A DNA stretch of 64,000 bases from Planctomycetota bacterium (GTDB lineage: Bacteria > Planctomycetota > B15-G4): positions 1 to 64,000 of the forward strand of contig JAJDEO010000013.1 of the NCBI GenBank assembly GCA_029259745.1, written 5' to 3'. The notes beneath the pieces were generated by a model. It was not told where the DNA came from and ran no database searches. It saw only the letters and a list, made by a program, of their open reading frames with translations. The translations under genes were made by a program, and so were the position numbers. Shown here piece after piece: positions 37,633 to 46,558 of this stretch. Every line of letters begins with the position of its first letter. Positions within the stretch are counted from its first letter, which is position 1.

Positions 37633-39147
37633 CTATCCCTGGCTGGATGTGGCGACATGATGTGAAGATGACGAATCCGCCTCGTCGACGGACGAGGCCC
37701 GTTCGAGACCGGCGAGCGACATCGTGAAAACCCGCGCATCGATCTGGGAAGCCACCGTACACCCCAGGACGGACGCCACGGCACGCACCAGGGTGAGGCC
37801 CAGTCCACTGTGCTGACCGCTGCTGCGGGCCTCGTCCTTGCGCCAGAACGGTTCGCTGAGGAGGACGAGATCGTCGGACGTGAGGTCGTCGGTGAAGTTC
37901 GCCACGGACACCGACCACGTCCCGTCGTGTGCGAGGGATGACCGCACGTCGACGTCCCCGCCGGACGCGAAGCTCGCGGCGTTCTGAAGCAGATTCCCGA
38001 GCGCGATCGCGAGCAGCCCGGAGTCCGACGCGACAAGAGCGTCGTCGGCGATGTTGTTCACGAACACGAGCCCACGTTCGTCAGCACGCAGCGAGTGCGG
38101 GACCCACAGCGCATCGACGAAGGGACGCAAGGCAATCGTCTCCACCTCGAGCCGCGCCTGGCCGGCCTCGAGACGGCAATAGCGCATCAGCGACTCGATC
38201 GTCGTGCCCATGCGTCGCGCCACTTCGCCGGCCGTGGCGATCACCTCGTCCACCATCGAATCGTCGTCGGGCCAGGCGCGCGCCACGTCTGACGCGCTGC
38301 GCAGCTCGGCGATCGGCGTGCGCAACTCGTGCGCCATTGCGGCCGTCATGCGACGCTCCTTGGCGAACGACTCATCGAGGCGCGCGAAGAGTGCATCGAG
38401 CGCGCTCGTGATCGGCTTCAACTCGACGGGCACGGCGTCGCCATCGACGCGCGTCGTCAGCGATTGGGCATCCACGGCGGCCACGCGCGCTGCGAGCTGC
38501 TCGACCGGCTCGAGCCCTCGGCGCACCGCGAACATGATCACGACTGCAAGCAAGACCGCCGACGCGACGGACGCGAACGCAAGTCCGGTCCCGAGCGCGG
38601 CGAGCTGTGAATCGAGACTCTCACGCGACGTCGCCACCACCACGGTGACGGCGAGATCACCCGTCCCGACCTCGGCCTCCAGCAACGGAGCCTCTTCATC
38701 GTCGTCGTCCGGCTCGTCGCCGTCATCATCCTCGACCACGACGACCGGAAGATCGACCCCGATGACGCGCCCCGGGCGACCGTCGGGAAGCACCGCATCC
38801 CAGACGACGCGCTCGCCGAGCCCGGCCGACCGCCGCTCGAGCGACCGACCACCCAGACTCGGGGACGTCATGGTCTTGGTCTGCCCCTCGAGCCACATGG
38901 TGAAGTACTCGAGGTCCGCGCCATCGACGAACTGCGGCATCGCCTCCTCGTGGAAGTTCACCTCCACGTAGATCCCCTCACGCTCGACCATCGCACCGAG
39001 CGCGCGGGCCCGCGCCTCGAGCCCGACGTCGAACTGAGCCGTGAGCGAGTCGGTGACGGCGCCATGCAGGATCCAGCCCCCCACGGCCAGCACGGCCAGT
39101 GCGCTGACGAACAGCGTCACGACGAGTTGGCGACGGATCGACTTCAT
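37633..39147 (-). CDS. sensor histidine kinase
   Basis: Two TM helices flanking a periplasmic domain with an acidic DDDGDEPDDDDEE insert. HisKA H-box AMAHELRTPIAEL. HATPase N/G boxes (LLQNAASFA, GLGLTLV). Confidence 0.85.
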   Translation of the reverse strand: MKSIRRQLVVTLFVSALAVLAVGGWILHGAVTDSLTAQFDVGLEARARALGAMVEREGIYVEVNFHEEAMPQFVDGADLEYFTMWLEGQTKTMTSPSLGGRSLERRSAGLGERVVWDAVLPDGRPGRVIGVDLPVVVVEDDDGDEPDDDDEEAPLLEAEVGTGDLAVTVVVATSRESLDSQLAALGTGLAFASVASAVLLAVVIMFAVRRGLEPVEQLAARVAAVDAQSLTTRVDGDAVPVELKPITSALDALFARLDESFAKERRMTAAMAHELRTPIAELRSASDVARAWPDDDSMVDEVIATAGEVARRMGTTIESLMRYCRLEAGQARLEVETIALRPFVDALWVPHSLRADERGLVFVNNIADDALVASDSGLLAIALGNLLQNAASFASGGDVDVRSSLAHDGTWSVSVANFTDDLTSDDLVLLSEPFWRKDEARSSGQHSGLGLTLVRAVASVLGCTVASQIDARVFTMSLAGLERASSVDEADSSSSHHVATSSQG

Positions 39148-39821
39148 GGCTCGTGCTCGGTGAGGACGTATCCGAGTCCGCGCCGCGTATGGATCAGGCG
39201 CGGCTCGCCTTCGGCTTCGAGCTTCTCGCGCAGGGAGCAGATCGTCGACGCGATGACGTTGCTGAGCGGGAGCGTGTCCTCGTCATAAAGGTGATCCTCG
39301 ATCTCGATGCGCGAGACGATCTCGCCGCAGCGCGACGCCAGGTACGTGATCAGGGCGTACTCGCGGCGCGACAAGTCGAGTCGGCGCTCGCCACGCATCA
39401 CGGTTCGACCAGCGGTGTCGATCACGAGGTCACCAAGGCGAATCTGCGGCGCGGGAGTTCCTCGCACCCGACGTCCCAACGCCTCGACGCGTGCCGCGAG
39501 CTCCTCGAACGCGAAGGGCTTGACGAGGTAGTCGTCGGCACCGGTATCCAGTCCCCGCACACGATCCTCGACGGTGTCGCGAGCCGTGAGCAGCAGCACC
39601 TGGGTGTCGACGCCGAAGTCGCGCAGCTGACTGAGCACGGACAACCCATCGAGCCCCGGCAACATGATGTCGAGCAACACGACGTCGTACGGGTTCACCT
39701 TCGCGTACGAGAGCCCCGTCGTGCCATCGAACACGACGTCGACCGCATGCCCGAGCTTGCGGAGTCCGGCCTGCACGGAGCGTGCGAGGCGCTGACTGTC
39801 TTCGACGAGGAGGATGCGCAT
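39144..39821 (-). CDS. OmpR-family response regulator
   Basis: REC domain MRILLVEDSQRLARSV...DVVLLDIMLPGLDG plus a winged-helix domain (LSRREYALITYLASRCGEIVSRIEIEDHLY). Overlaps the HK start by 4 nt. Confidence 0.9.
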   Translation of the reverse strand: MRILLVEDSQRLARSVQAGLRKLGHAVDVVFDGTTGLSYAKVNPYDVVLLDIMLPGLDGLSVLSQLRDFGVDTQVLLLTARDTVEDRVRGLDTGADDYLVKPFAFEELAARVEALGRRVRGTPAPQIRLGDLVIDTAGRTVMRGERRLDLSRREYALITYLASRCGEIVSRIEIEDHLYDEDTLPLSNVIASTICSLREKLEAEGEPRLIHTRRGLGYVLTEHEP

Positions 39822-39964
39822 GGCTGAACCGTATGCGGCTTCTCATCACCCCGCAAACGGATACGTCCGCTTATCACATTCACATAACGTCGAAACACGT
39901 CCCGCGAAGGGCGCTGCGGGATCCGACATGACGTTCAATGCCGCCTCGTCGAACATCTGTCGCT

Positions 39965-39996
39965 CTCCGAGACACGAGGCCTCCGAGACACGAGGC
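39965..39996. repeat. perfect 16-bp tandem duplication (CTCCGAGACACGAGGC x2)
   Basis: Two identical adjacent units inside the decayed gene. The unit is not a multiple of 3 bp and is therefore frameshifting. Confidence 0.85.
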
Positions 39997-40133
39997 ACCG
40001 AGCCGGTCACTTCACGCGCGTCGCACCGTGAAGGCAAGCAACTTGGCCAGCTCGCGCTCGCGCTTCGCCTCGTCCCGCTCGACGACGCGCCACGCGACTG
40101 GGCCTCGAGGACCTCGATGAGCTTGCGGTAGAG

Positions 40134-40169
40134 CCCCTCGTTCCCGGCGATCCCCTCGTTCCCGGCGAT
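40134..40169. repeat. perfect 18-bp tandem duplication (CCCCTCGTTCCCGGCGAT x2)
   Basis: Encodes the in-frame IAGNEG-IAGNEG repeat of ORF 39846..40181. Confidence 0.85.
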
Positions 40170-40625
40170 GAAGAACTTCATGAGTTCGTCTTACTCGGGC
40201 GTGTCGCGATAGCCGCTGCCGTACGAGGTAAGCGCGAGTGCTCTTCGTCGATCGTCTCGAAGAGGATGACGTTGGAGAGCTTGTCGGCGTCCTGCTTCAG
40301 CACCTCGGGCCAGTTCTTCGCGACGTCGGGATCGTGCCGCCGACGCGGAGGTCGCTCTCCACGAGCGGTGACGGCCACGCGACCCAGCCGTCAACCGTCG
40401 TGTGGCATCCCAGACGGCACGTTGCGGCGCCGCGATGGAAACCTCCTGGACGAGGATCCGCTCGCCGGCATCGGTCACGTCGACGCGACTGACCACGTGC
40501 CCGGTTGCGTCGCCCGTCGGCGGGACATCGAGGGCAGCCACGACGAGCGGCAGCAGCGTTGCCGCAACGAAGATGACGAGGCGCATCGAGCCGCTCCGGT
40601 GAGTGGGTTACGATCACCCGCGTCA

Positions 40626-40802
40626 CCCGGATCATCCATTGACGATCGTCGCGAAGTCGCAGCTAGGCCTTGCTGGCAAAGCGATGCGAGGGTTCTGACC
40701 GGAGGCGGCCCATTTTGGCCGTTGAGGATCAGAAACGTCGCTTCGACGCCGCCAGGAAGGATCGACATGCGACCGCAGCAGATCGTCCGCGGATGATCCG
40801 GG
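40626..40802 (+). repeat. MITE-like repeat, copy B (about 177 bp, full-length)
   Basis: TIRs CCCGGATCATCCATTGACGATCGTC ... GATCGTCCGCGGATGATCCGGG. It is the best-preserved internal sequence (GTTCTGACC...GAGGATCAGAAACGTCGCTTCGACGCCGCCAGGAAGGATCGACATGCGACCGCAGCAGATCG). It sits between divergent genes and ends 36 bp before ATG 40839. Confidence 0.7.
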
Positions 40803-40838
40803 CTCAGTGCCCCAGACCCCGCTCGGCTCGAGTTCCCG

Positions 40839-42020
40839 ATGAACGCCCTCTCGATCCTCCTCACCTGTCTCCTTGCCGCATCGAGCCTGGCCTCGCCCGT
40901 GCAAGAGGCACGTACCGTCGACCCCGTCGAACCCGCCACGCTCGGAGACGCCTCCAACGTGCACCGCGCCGGATCACTGTTCCTCTCAGGAGGGCTCGAG
41001 CCTGGCGATGTCGACACGCTCGTCGAGCGCGGGATCACGCGCGTGATCAGTCTGTGTCAAGACGGCGAGGTCGATTGGGACGAGCAAGGTGCGCTGCGTG
41101 CGGCCGATATCAGGTTCATCTCGATTCCCCTGCGCGCGCCCGACACGTTCACGGACACGGCATTCCACACCCTGCGCATGCACCTCGCGACCGGGTCCGA
41201 GCCCACGCTCCTGCACTGCGCGTCGGCCAGTCGCGTCGGTGGTCTGTGGATTCCCTTCCGCGTCCTCGACCAGGGCGTGCCGATCGAACGCGCCGTCGCC
41301 GAAGCCAAGACGATCGGCATGGGCAATCCGGTCTACGAGCAGCGGGCGCGGGCGTACGTCGCACGGCAGCTCGCGCGAACGCGCGCACTCGAACCGTCGA
41401 GCATCAACGAGGGCATCAACACGTCGTACCTCGACCCCGATCTCGACGTCGACGCATTCGTCGCGCGCTTCGAGACCGAGAGCCGCGAGATCTTCACGTC
41501 ACGACACGCGATCGTCGCGTCGCTCGGCCTTGCTCCGGGCGACCGCGTCGCCGATGTCGGTGCGGGCACGGGCCTTTTCACGCCACTCTTCGCCGACTCC
41601 GTGACGCCGAACGGTTGGGTCTACGCCGTCGACATCGCTCCGCGCTTCCTGCAGCGCATCCTCGCAGCCGCCGAGGAAACCGACACGCGGCACCTCTCGG
41701 CCGTCCTGTGTCCCGAGGACTCGATCGGCCTCGCGCCCTCGACGATCGACGCGGCGTTCGTCTGCGACACGTATCACCACTTCGAGTATCCGCGGGCAAC
41801 GATGACGTCGATCCACGACGCCCTGCGACCGGGTGGCAAGCTCGTCGTCATCGACTTCCACCGCATTCCGGGTCTATCGAAGGACTGGGTCCTCGGACAC
41901 GTGCGCGCCGGACAGCAGGCGTTTCGCGCCGAGATCGAATCGGTCGGCTTCGAACACGTGCGCGACCTCGAGGTGGCCGGACTCGTCGAGAACTACGCGA
42001 TGGAGTTCGTGCGCCCCTGA
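40839..42020 (+). CDS. fusion protein: dual-specificity-phosphatase/rhodanese-like N-terminal domain + class I SAM-dependent methyltransferase
   Basis: Signal-like N-terminus. The HCASASRVGG P-loop-like motif resembles the DSP/Blh family. Methyltransferase motif I VADVGAGTGLFT and GGKLVVIDF. Confidence 0.65.
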   Translation: MNALSILLTCLLAASSLASPVQEARTVDPVEPATLGDASNVHRAGSLFLSGGLEPGDVDTLVERGITRVISLCQDGEVDWDEQGALRAADIRFISIPLRAPDTFTDTAFHTLRMHLATGSEPTLLHCASASRVGGLWIPFRVLDQGVPIERAVAEAKTIGMGNPVYEQRARAYVARQLARTRALEPSSINEGINTSYLDPDLDVDAFVARFETESREIFTSRHAIVASLGLAPGDRVADVGAGTGLFTPLFADSVTPNGWVYAVDIAPRFLQRILAAAEETDTRHLSAVLCPEDSIGLAPSTIDAAFVCDTYHHFEYPRATMTSIHDALRPGGKLVVIDFHRIPGLSKDWVLGHVRAGQQAFRAEIESVGFEHVRDLEVAGLVENYAMEFVRP

Positions 42021-42117
42021 GGATCCGGGTTCGGCGGCGCTGACGACGCCCTCGTGCGTGTCCAAGGGCATCGCCAGAGCAACTCGCGCTCCGTAGAGGC
42101 CGCGGCCCATTCCTAGC

Positions 42118-42263
42118 CCGGGTCATGGACGATCTGCTGCGGTCGCATCTGGATCCTTTCTGGCTGCGTCGAAGCGACGTCTCTGATCCTCAATGGCCCT
42201 CGCATCGCCTTTCCAGCAAGGCCCAGCTGCAACCTCGCGACGATCGTCCAGGAATGACCCGGG
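42118..42263 (-). repeat. MITE-like repeat, copy C (about 146 bp, reverse orientation)
   Basis: CCCGGGTCATGGACGATCTGCTGCGGTCGC ... GCGACGATCGTCCAGGAATGACCCGGG. It is preceded by TAG as in copies F and G. Confidence 0.7.
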
Positions 42264-42397
42264 CCTGGCAGGCTGTCGAAAAACTGCGACTCCGGGACGC
42301 CGTCTCGCCGCGCACGGCTTCACGCGTGACGCGCCGACCCCACGGCCGCGGCGCGACTGGTATCTTGGCGGTCAACGTCCTTCCTTGGAGCCCCACC

Positions 42398-44035
42398 ATG
42401 TCCCGCTTGCCGCTCGCCTCTGTTCTCGGCGCCCTCGTTCTCGCGCCGACCAGCCTTGCGTCCGACCCTAGCGACGTCGTCATCCAAGCCGTCGTGCTCG
42501 AGGGTGACACTATCAGCGGCATCGGCGACGTCACGACGACGGGCGCTGTCGCCGTCAACAACGCCGGCACATGGCTCGTCGAAGTCGACACGAACAACCC
42601 CGACACCGACATCGACGGCGCCATCGTCGGTGCCAGCGGAGTCGTGTTCGCCGAAGGTCAGTCGATCGCCACTCCGACCGGCGCGCTGCTCGACTCGTTC
42701 GGCGCGATCTCCGGCGCGCTCAACAACGCTGGCGACCTCGCCTGGAACCTCTTCCTCGACAACACCGTGGGCGGCGGCAACGACGACTCGGGTATCTACT
42801 TCAACACCGCGCAGGTGGTCCAAGAAGCAGGCATCGCGCTCGTCACGGGCCTCTCGGTCGGCACGACCTGGGAGGGCTTCTTCTCGGTCCACCACAACGA
42901 CGCCAACCAGGTGCTCGCGATGACGAGCGTCGACGACCCGGCCATCGCGACCAGCGTCGATCGCGCGCTCGTGCTCTTCACGATCGACGGCACGGGCACG
43001 CCGACGAGCGCAGAGGTCGTCCTCAAGGAAGGCGACATCCCGCCCGGTCAGACAGAAGCCGTCGCCGACATGGAGACGAGCGTGCACAACTTCGTCCTCA
43101 ACGATGCCGGGCAAACGCTGCTGATCGCCGACCTCGCCGGCGACACGGCCGTCGATCACGCCGTCTACATGGACGGCACCCTGCTCGCGCAAGAGGGTTC
43201 GCCGTCTCCGGTGACAGGCCGCAACTGGGACCTGCTGTCGCTCGCCGAACTCGACCTCAACAACGCGGGCAGCTGGGTGCTCAGCGGATCGATCGAGGGC
43301 GACACCGCCACGGACGACATCATCGTCGTGGACGGCGACGTCTTCATCCAAACCGGCGACAGTCTGCCGGCGACGGGCGGATCGCCGATCACGTCGCTCG
43401 GGACGACGGGCTCGTCGGGCCCCGTGTACATCGGCGACAACGGCAACGTGCTCTGGTCGGCCGAGTGGAACGGTGGGAGCTCGAAGGGACTCTTCCTCAA
43501 CGACCGCCTGTTGGCCGAGATCAACCTGACCTCGATCGGCGGGTTCGTGCTTGAAGAGATCTTCGCCGTCACCGAGGGCTACGCGCTCAGCGATGACGGC
43601 CAGAAGGTCATCTTCCGCGGACGCCTTTCGGGCAGCATCGACGGAGCGTTCCTGATCGACGTGGGTCCGTGGGTCAGCCTCGGCAAGGGACTCGCCGGCG
43701 TCAACGGTGTGCCATGCCTGACGGGCTCGGGCACGCTCGCCGCGGGTGACGACGTCACGCTGTCACTGCGCGATGCAGCGCCCTCGGCCGTCACGAACCT
43801 CGTGATCGGATTCACGGAACTCTGCGCACCGTTCAAGGGCGGCACGATCGTGCCGAGTGTCGACGTGCTCATCGGCGGCCTCCCCACCAACGGGTTCGGC
43901 GACCTCGCACTGACGGCACCCTTCCCGGCCGGCGTCCCCGCGGCCACCGACCTCTACTTCCAGTTCTTCACGTCAGACGCAGCAGCGATCAAAGGCATCT
44001 CGGCCTCGAACGGCGTGCGCGGGACGACGCCCTGA
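42398..44035 (+). CDS. secreted repeat protein with conserved C-terminal domain (CTD family member 3)
   Basis: Signal peptide MSRLPLASVLGALVLAPTSLASD. Roughly 60-aa internal repeats (..DG.L.AQEG......G..L.S....NNAG.W.). C-terminus NLVIGFTELCAPFKGGTIVPSVDVLIGGLPTNGFGDLALTAPFPAGVPAATDLYFQ...SASNGVRGTTP. Confidence 0.75.
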   Translation: MSRLPLASVLGALVLAPTSLASDPSDVVIQAVVLEGDTISGIGDVTTTGAVAVNNAGTWLVEVDTNNPDTDIDGAIVGASGVVFAEGQSIATPTGALLDSFGAISGALNNAGDLAWNLFLDNTVGGGNDDSGIYFNTAQVVQEAGIALVTGLSVGTTWEGFFSVHHNDANQVLAMTSVDDPAIATSVDRALVLFTIDGTGTPTSAEVVLKEGDIPPGQTEAVADMETSVHNFVLNDAGQTLLIADLAGDTAVDHAVYMDGTLLAQEGSPSPVTGRNWDLLSLAELDLNNAGSWVLSGSIEGDTATDDIIVVDGDVFIQTGDSLPATGGSPITSLGTTGSSGPVYIGDNGNVLWSAEWNGGSSKGLFLNDRLLAEINLTSIGGFVLEEIFAVTEGYALSDDGQKVIFRGRLSGSIDGAFLIDVGPWVSLGKGLAGVNGVPCLTGSGTLAAGDDVTLSLRDAAPSAVTNLVIGFTELCAPFKGGTIVPSVDVLIGGLPTNGFGDLALTAPFPAGVPAATDLYFQFFTSDAAAIKGISASNGVRGTTP

Positions 44036-44100
44036 CAACGCGGCCCGCGCGAGCGCGAGCAGCACGCCAATACAGCAACAATCACGACCGGAGTTCGAGG

Positions 44101-45717
44101 ATGATGATCCGCAACGCCCTGCTTGCCGCCGCAACCATCCTCGGCCTCGGTCCGTCGGCCGTGGCTGACGACATCTTCGTTCCTGCCGACACGCCCTCGA
44201 TTCAGTTCGCTCTGAACTCCGCGTCGACCGGCGACCGCATCTTCGTCTCGGCCGGAGCCTACGCGAACGCTCTCGCGTTCTTGGGCAAGGACGTCGAAGT
44301 CATCGCTGTCGACGGCCCGGAGGTCACGGTGCTCGACGGCGCGGCGATCAACGGCGGGGCCTCGGTGATCTTCGCCTTGGGCACCGGGGACGGCGCGCTC
44401 GTGAAGGGCTTCACGATCCGCGACAACGACGGCGATGCGGTCACCATCGAAGACGCCGTCGGTACGCTCGAGAACTGCGTCATCTCGGGCACGAACGGAA
44501 ACGGTATTCGGGTCTTCGCGAACGGTGAGCTGCGAGCGACGGAGGTCACGATCACGGGGTGTAGCCTGAGCGGTGTCGACGGGGCGGGTGGAACGTCGAT
44601 CCTGGAGCGCTGTGAGATCTCGTCTTGCGGAAACACGGGGCTTCGGGGTGGCACCTGCATCGAGTGCCTCATCGAGGGGAACGGCAACGCGTCGTCCTTC
44701 GGCGGCGGAGCCTTCGGCGCGACGCTCATCGACTGCATCGTGCGCGACAACCTCGCATCGACGGGTGGCGGCGGGGCTTTCCTGGGGGGCGCGCAAGGCA
44801 CGACCTTCAGCTCGAACCACGCGACGTTCGCCGGCGGCGGCTACTACTTCACAGGTTCGTTCGGAGCCTCGCTCAGCGGTGCGACGTTCATCGACAACAC
44901 GGACGCCAACGGAACTTCGGGCGCCGCCATCAGTGCATCGAGTGACGGCATCTTCGGGACCAGTGCGTTCATCGGCGACTGTGTGTTCGTCCGCAACGAC
45001 GCATCGGTGAGCGCCTACGCAGCCACCTCGACCAGTTCGGCGGGCTTCGGGTCGTGTACGTTCATCGACTCGGACGCGTTCGTGTCCGCCGACAGTATGG
45101 GCGTCGCGAACTCGATCGTGCGCGGTGGCTCGATCGTCTCGTCGTCGGGAACGCTGAGCGTGACGTACAGCAACGTCGAAGGCGGTGCCGTCGGTGAGGG
45201 CAACATCGACGCCGACCCGCTGTTCGTCGGCGGTGCCGATCAGGGCGTGGTCTGCCTCGGCCTCGGGTCCCCGTGCATCGATACCGGCAACCCGACGGTC
45301 TTCGACCCCGACGGCTCGGTCCTCGACATGGGCGCCGAGCCCTACTCGGTCTTCTGCGACGCCGACAACGCACTGCGCGGACGCGCCGGCTTCCCGACGC
45401 TCACACCCAGCGGCGACACGACGCCGGGCGCGGCGCTGTCACTCGCCCTCGAGCACGGCGTGCCGAACGGCACGAGCAACTGGATCCTCGGGATCGCGCC
45501 GGTCTTCGCGTCCTTGAAGGGCGGCGTGCTCGTCCCCGACCTCACGTTCCTGCTGCCCGGGCTGCCTCTCGACGCCACGGGCAGCCTGATGCTCGGCTCG
45601 ACCTGGCCCGCCGGCATTCCGGCCGGCACACCCGTCTGGATCCAGGCCTGGATGGTCGACTCGCAGGCCGTGAAGAACTTCTCGGCGTCGAACGGCGTGG
45701 CCATCCTCGGGAGCTGA
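44101..45717 (+). CDS. secreted right-handed beta-helix (pectate-lyase-fold) repeat protein with conserved CTD (CTD family member 4)
   Basis: Signal peptide. Repeated G-rich beta-helix rungs (GTNGNGIRVF, GCSLSGVDGAGG, GNTGLRGG, ...). C-terminus ILGIAPVFASLKGGVLVPDLTFLLPGLPLDATGSLMLGSTWPAGIPAGTPVWIQAW...SASNGVAILGS. Confidence 0.75.
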   Translation: MMIRNALLAAATILGLGPSAVADDIFVPADTPSIQFALNSASTGDRIFVSAGAYANALAFLGKDVEVIAVDGPEVTVLDGAAINGGASVIFALGTGDGALVKGFTIRDNDGDAVTIEDAVGTLENCVISGTNGNGIRVFANGELRATEVTITGCSLSGVDGAGGTSILERCEISSCGNTGLRGGTCIECLIEGNGNASSFGGGAFGATLIDCIVRDNLASTGGGGAFLGGAQGTTFSSNHATFAGGGYYFTGSFGASLSGATFIDNTDANGTSGAAISASSDGIFGTSAFIGDCVFVRNDASVSAYAATSTSSAGFGSCTFIDSDAFVSADSMGVANSIVRGGSIVSSSGTLSVTYSNVEGGAVGEGNIDADPLFVGGADQGVVCLGLGSPCIDTGNPTVFDPDGSVLDMGAEPYSVFCDADNALRGRAGFPTLTPSGDTTPGAALSLALEHGVPNGTSNWILGIAPVFASLKGGVLVPDLTFLLPGLPLDATGSLMLGSTWPAGIPAGTPVWIQAWMVDSQAVKNFSASNGVAILGS

Positions 45718-45727
45718 CGCGCGCGTC

Positions 45728-46303
45728 TCAGCTCGCCGTCAAGGCTGCGGCGGTTTCGACGAGCTTCGCCACGAGGCCGTTGACGAACGTCGCCGTCCTT
45801 TCATCGGTGAACGACCCATCGTCGGCGAAGGCCTCGTGAACCCTTCCGACGGCGGCATCGCCGGGCACGACGTGCGCGCCGATGCCGGACAGAATCGCGC
45901 GCACGTGAACGAGACCACGCATCCCGCCGAGCGCCCCCGGGGACGCACTCAGTAACCCCACGACCTTGCCGCGCGTCACCTGCGTGCCGGCGGCGACAGC
46001 ACTCGGACGCGACGTCCAGTCGATGACGTTCTTCAGCAGCGGTGTGATCGATCCGTTGTACTCGGGACACGCGATGAGGAACGCGTCGTGCTCGAGCATG
46101 AGTCGCTGCATGGCCAAGACGTTCTCGGGAATGCCTTCGCGCTCCTCGAGGTCGCCGTCGTAAAGCGGCATCGGCAATGCGGCAAGATCGACGAGCGTCA
46201 CATCGACCCCTGTGCCGCGCGCTTGCTCTGCGGCATAGCCAGCGAGACGTTTGTTCCAAGACGCTTGGCGAACACTTCCGGCAAAGACGAGAACACGTGT
46301 CAT
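45728..46303 (-). CDS. NAD(P)H-dependent FMN reductase family oxidoreductase
   Basis: MTRVLVFAGSVRQASWNKRLAGY...FLIACPEYNGSITPLLKNVIDW matches the flavodoxin-like FMN reductase family. RBS GGAG. The very long R-rich ORF above it (to 48145) is rejected as an antisense artefact. Confidence 0.8.
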   Translation of the reverse strand: MTRVLVFAGSVRQASWNKRLAGYAAEQARGTGVDVTLVDLAALPMPLYDGDLEEREGIPENVLAMQRLMLEHDAFLIACPEYNGSITPLLKNVIDWTSRPSAVAAGTQVTRGKVVGLLSASPGALGGMRGLVHVRAILSGIGAHVVPGDAAVGRVHEAFADDGSFTDERTATFVNGLVAKLVETAAALTAS

Positions 46304-46558
46304 CGAGGGTCTCCGTAGCTTGGGGCGTGACTGCGGAAAACGATAGCAGTCGTGCGCGGCCGCGACACGGGCACGGCGGAGACAGGCACGGCGGACCGCG
46401 CCGGCCAACCCGGGTGGATCAGCATCTTTCGACAGGTCGGCGAACTCACGCTTCGTTGAGCGCAAGAGGCGTGTTGTTCGACGCAGCCCTGCTCGCGCAG
46501 GCGCATCCTTAAGGTAGGGTGCCGAGCACGCTCGCTTCCCGCTTCTCGAGGTGCCGAC

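Larger units (their letters stand above)
39846..40586 (-). pseudogene. decayed SRPBCC/Aha1-like gene with multiple frameshifts and two perfect tandem duplications
   Basis: Protein-like segments are scattered over three frames: MRLVIFVAATLLPLVVAALDVPPTGDATGHVVSRVDVTDAGERILVQEVSIAAPQRAVWDA, DGWVAWPSPLVESDLRVGGTI, AKNWPEVLKQDADKLSNVILFETIDEEHS, KFFIAGNEGIAGNEGLYRKLIEVLEA and VAWRVVERDEAKRERELAKLLAFTVRRA. Each is followed by R-rich junk. Confidence 0.5.

Noticed and set aside
39961-40170. CRISPR array or minisatellite
   Set aside because: There are only two units each of 16 bp and 18 bp, with no spacer structure and no cas genes. These are simple tandem duplications.
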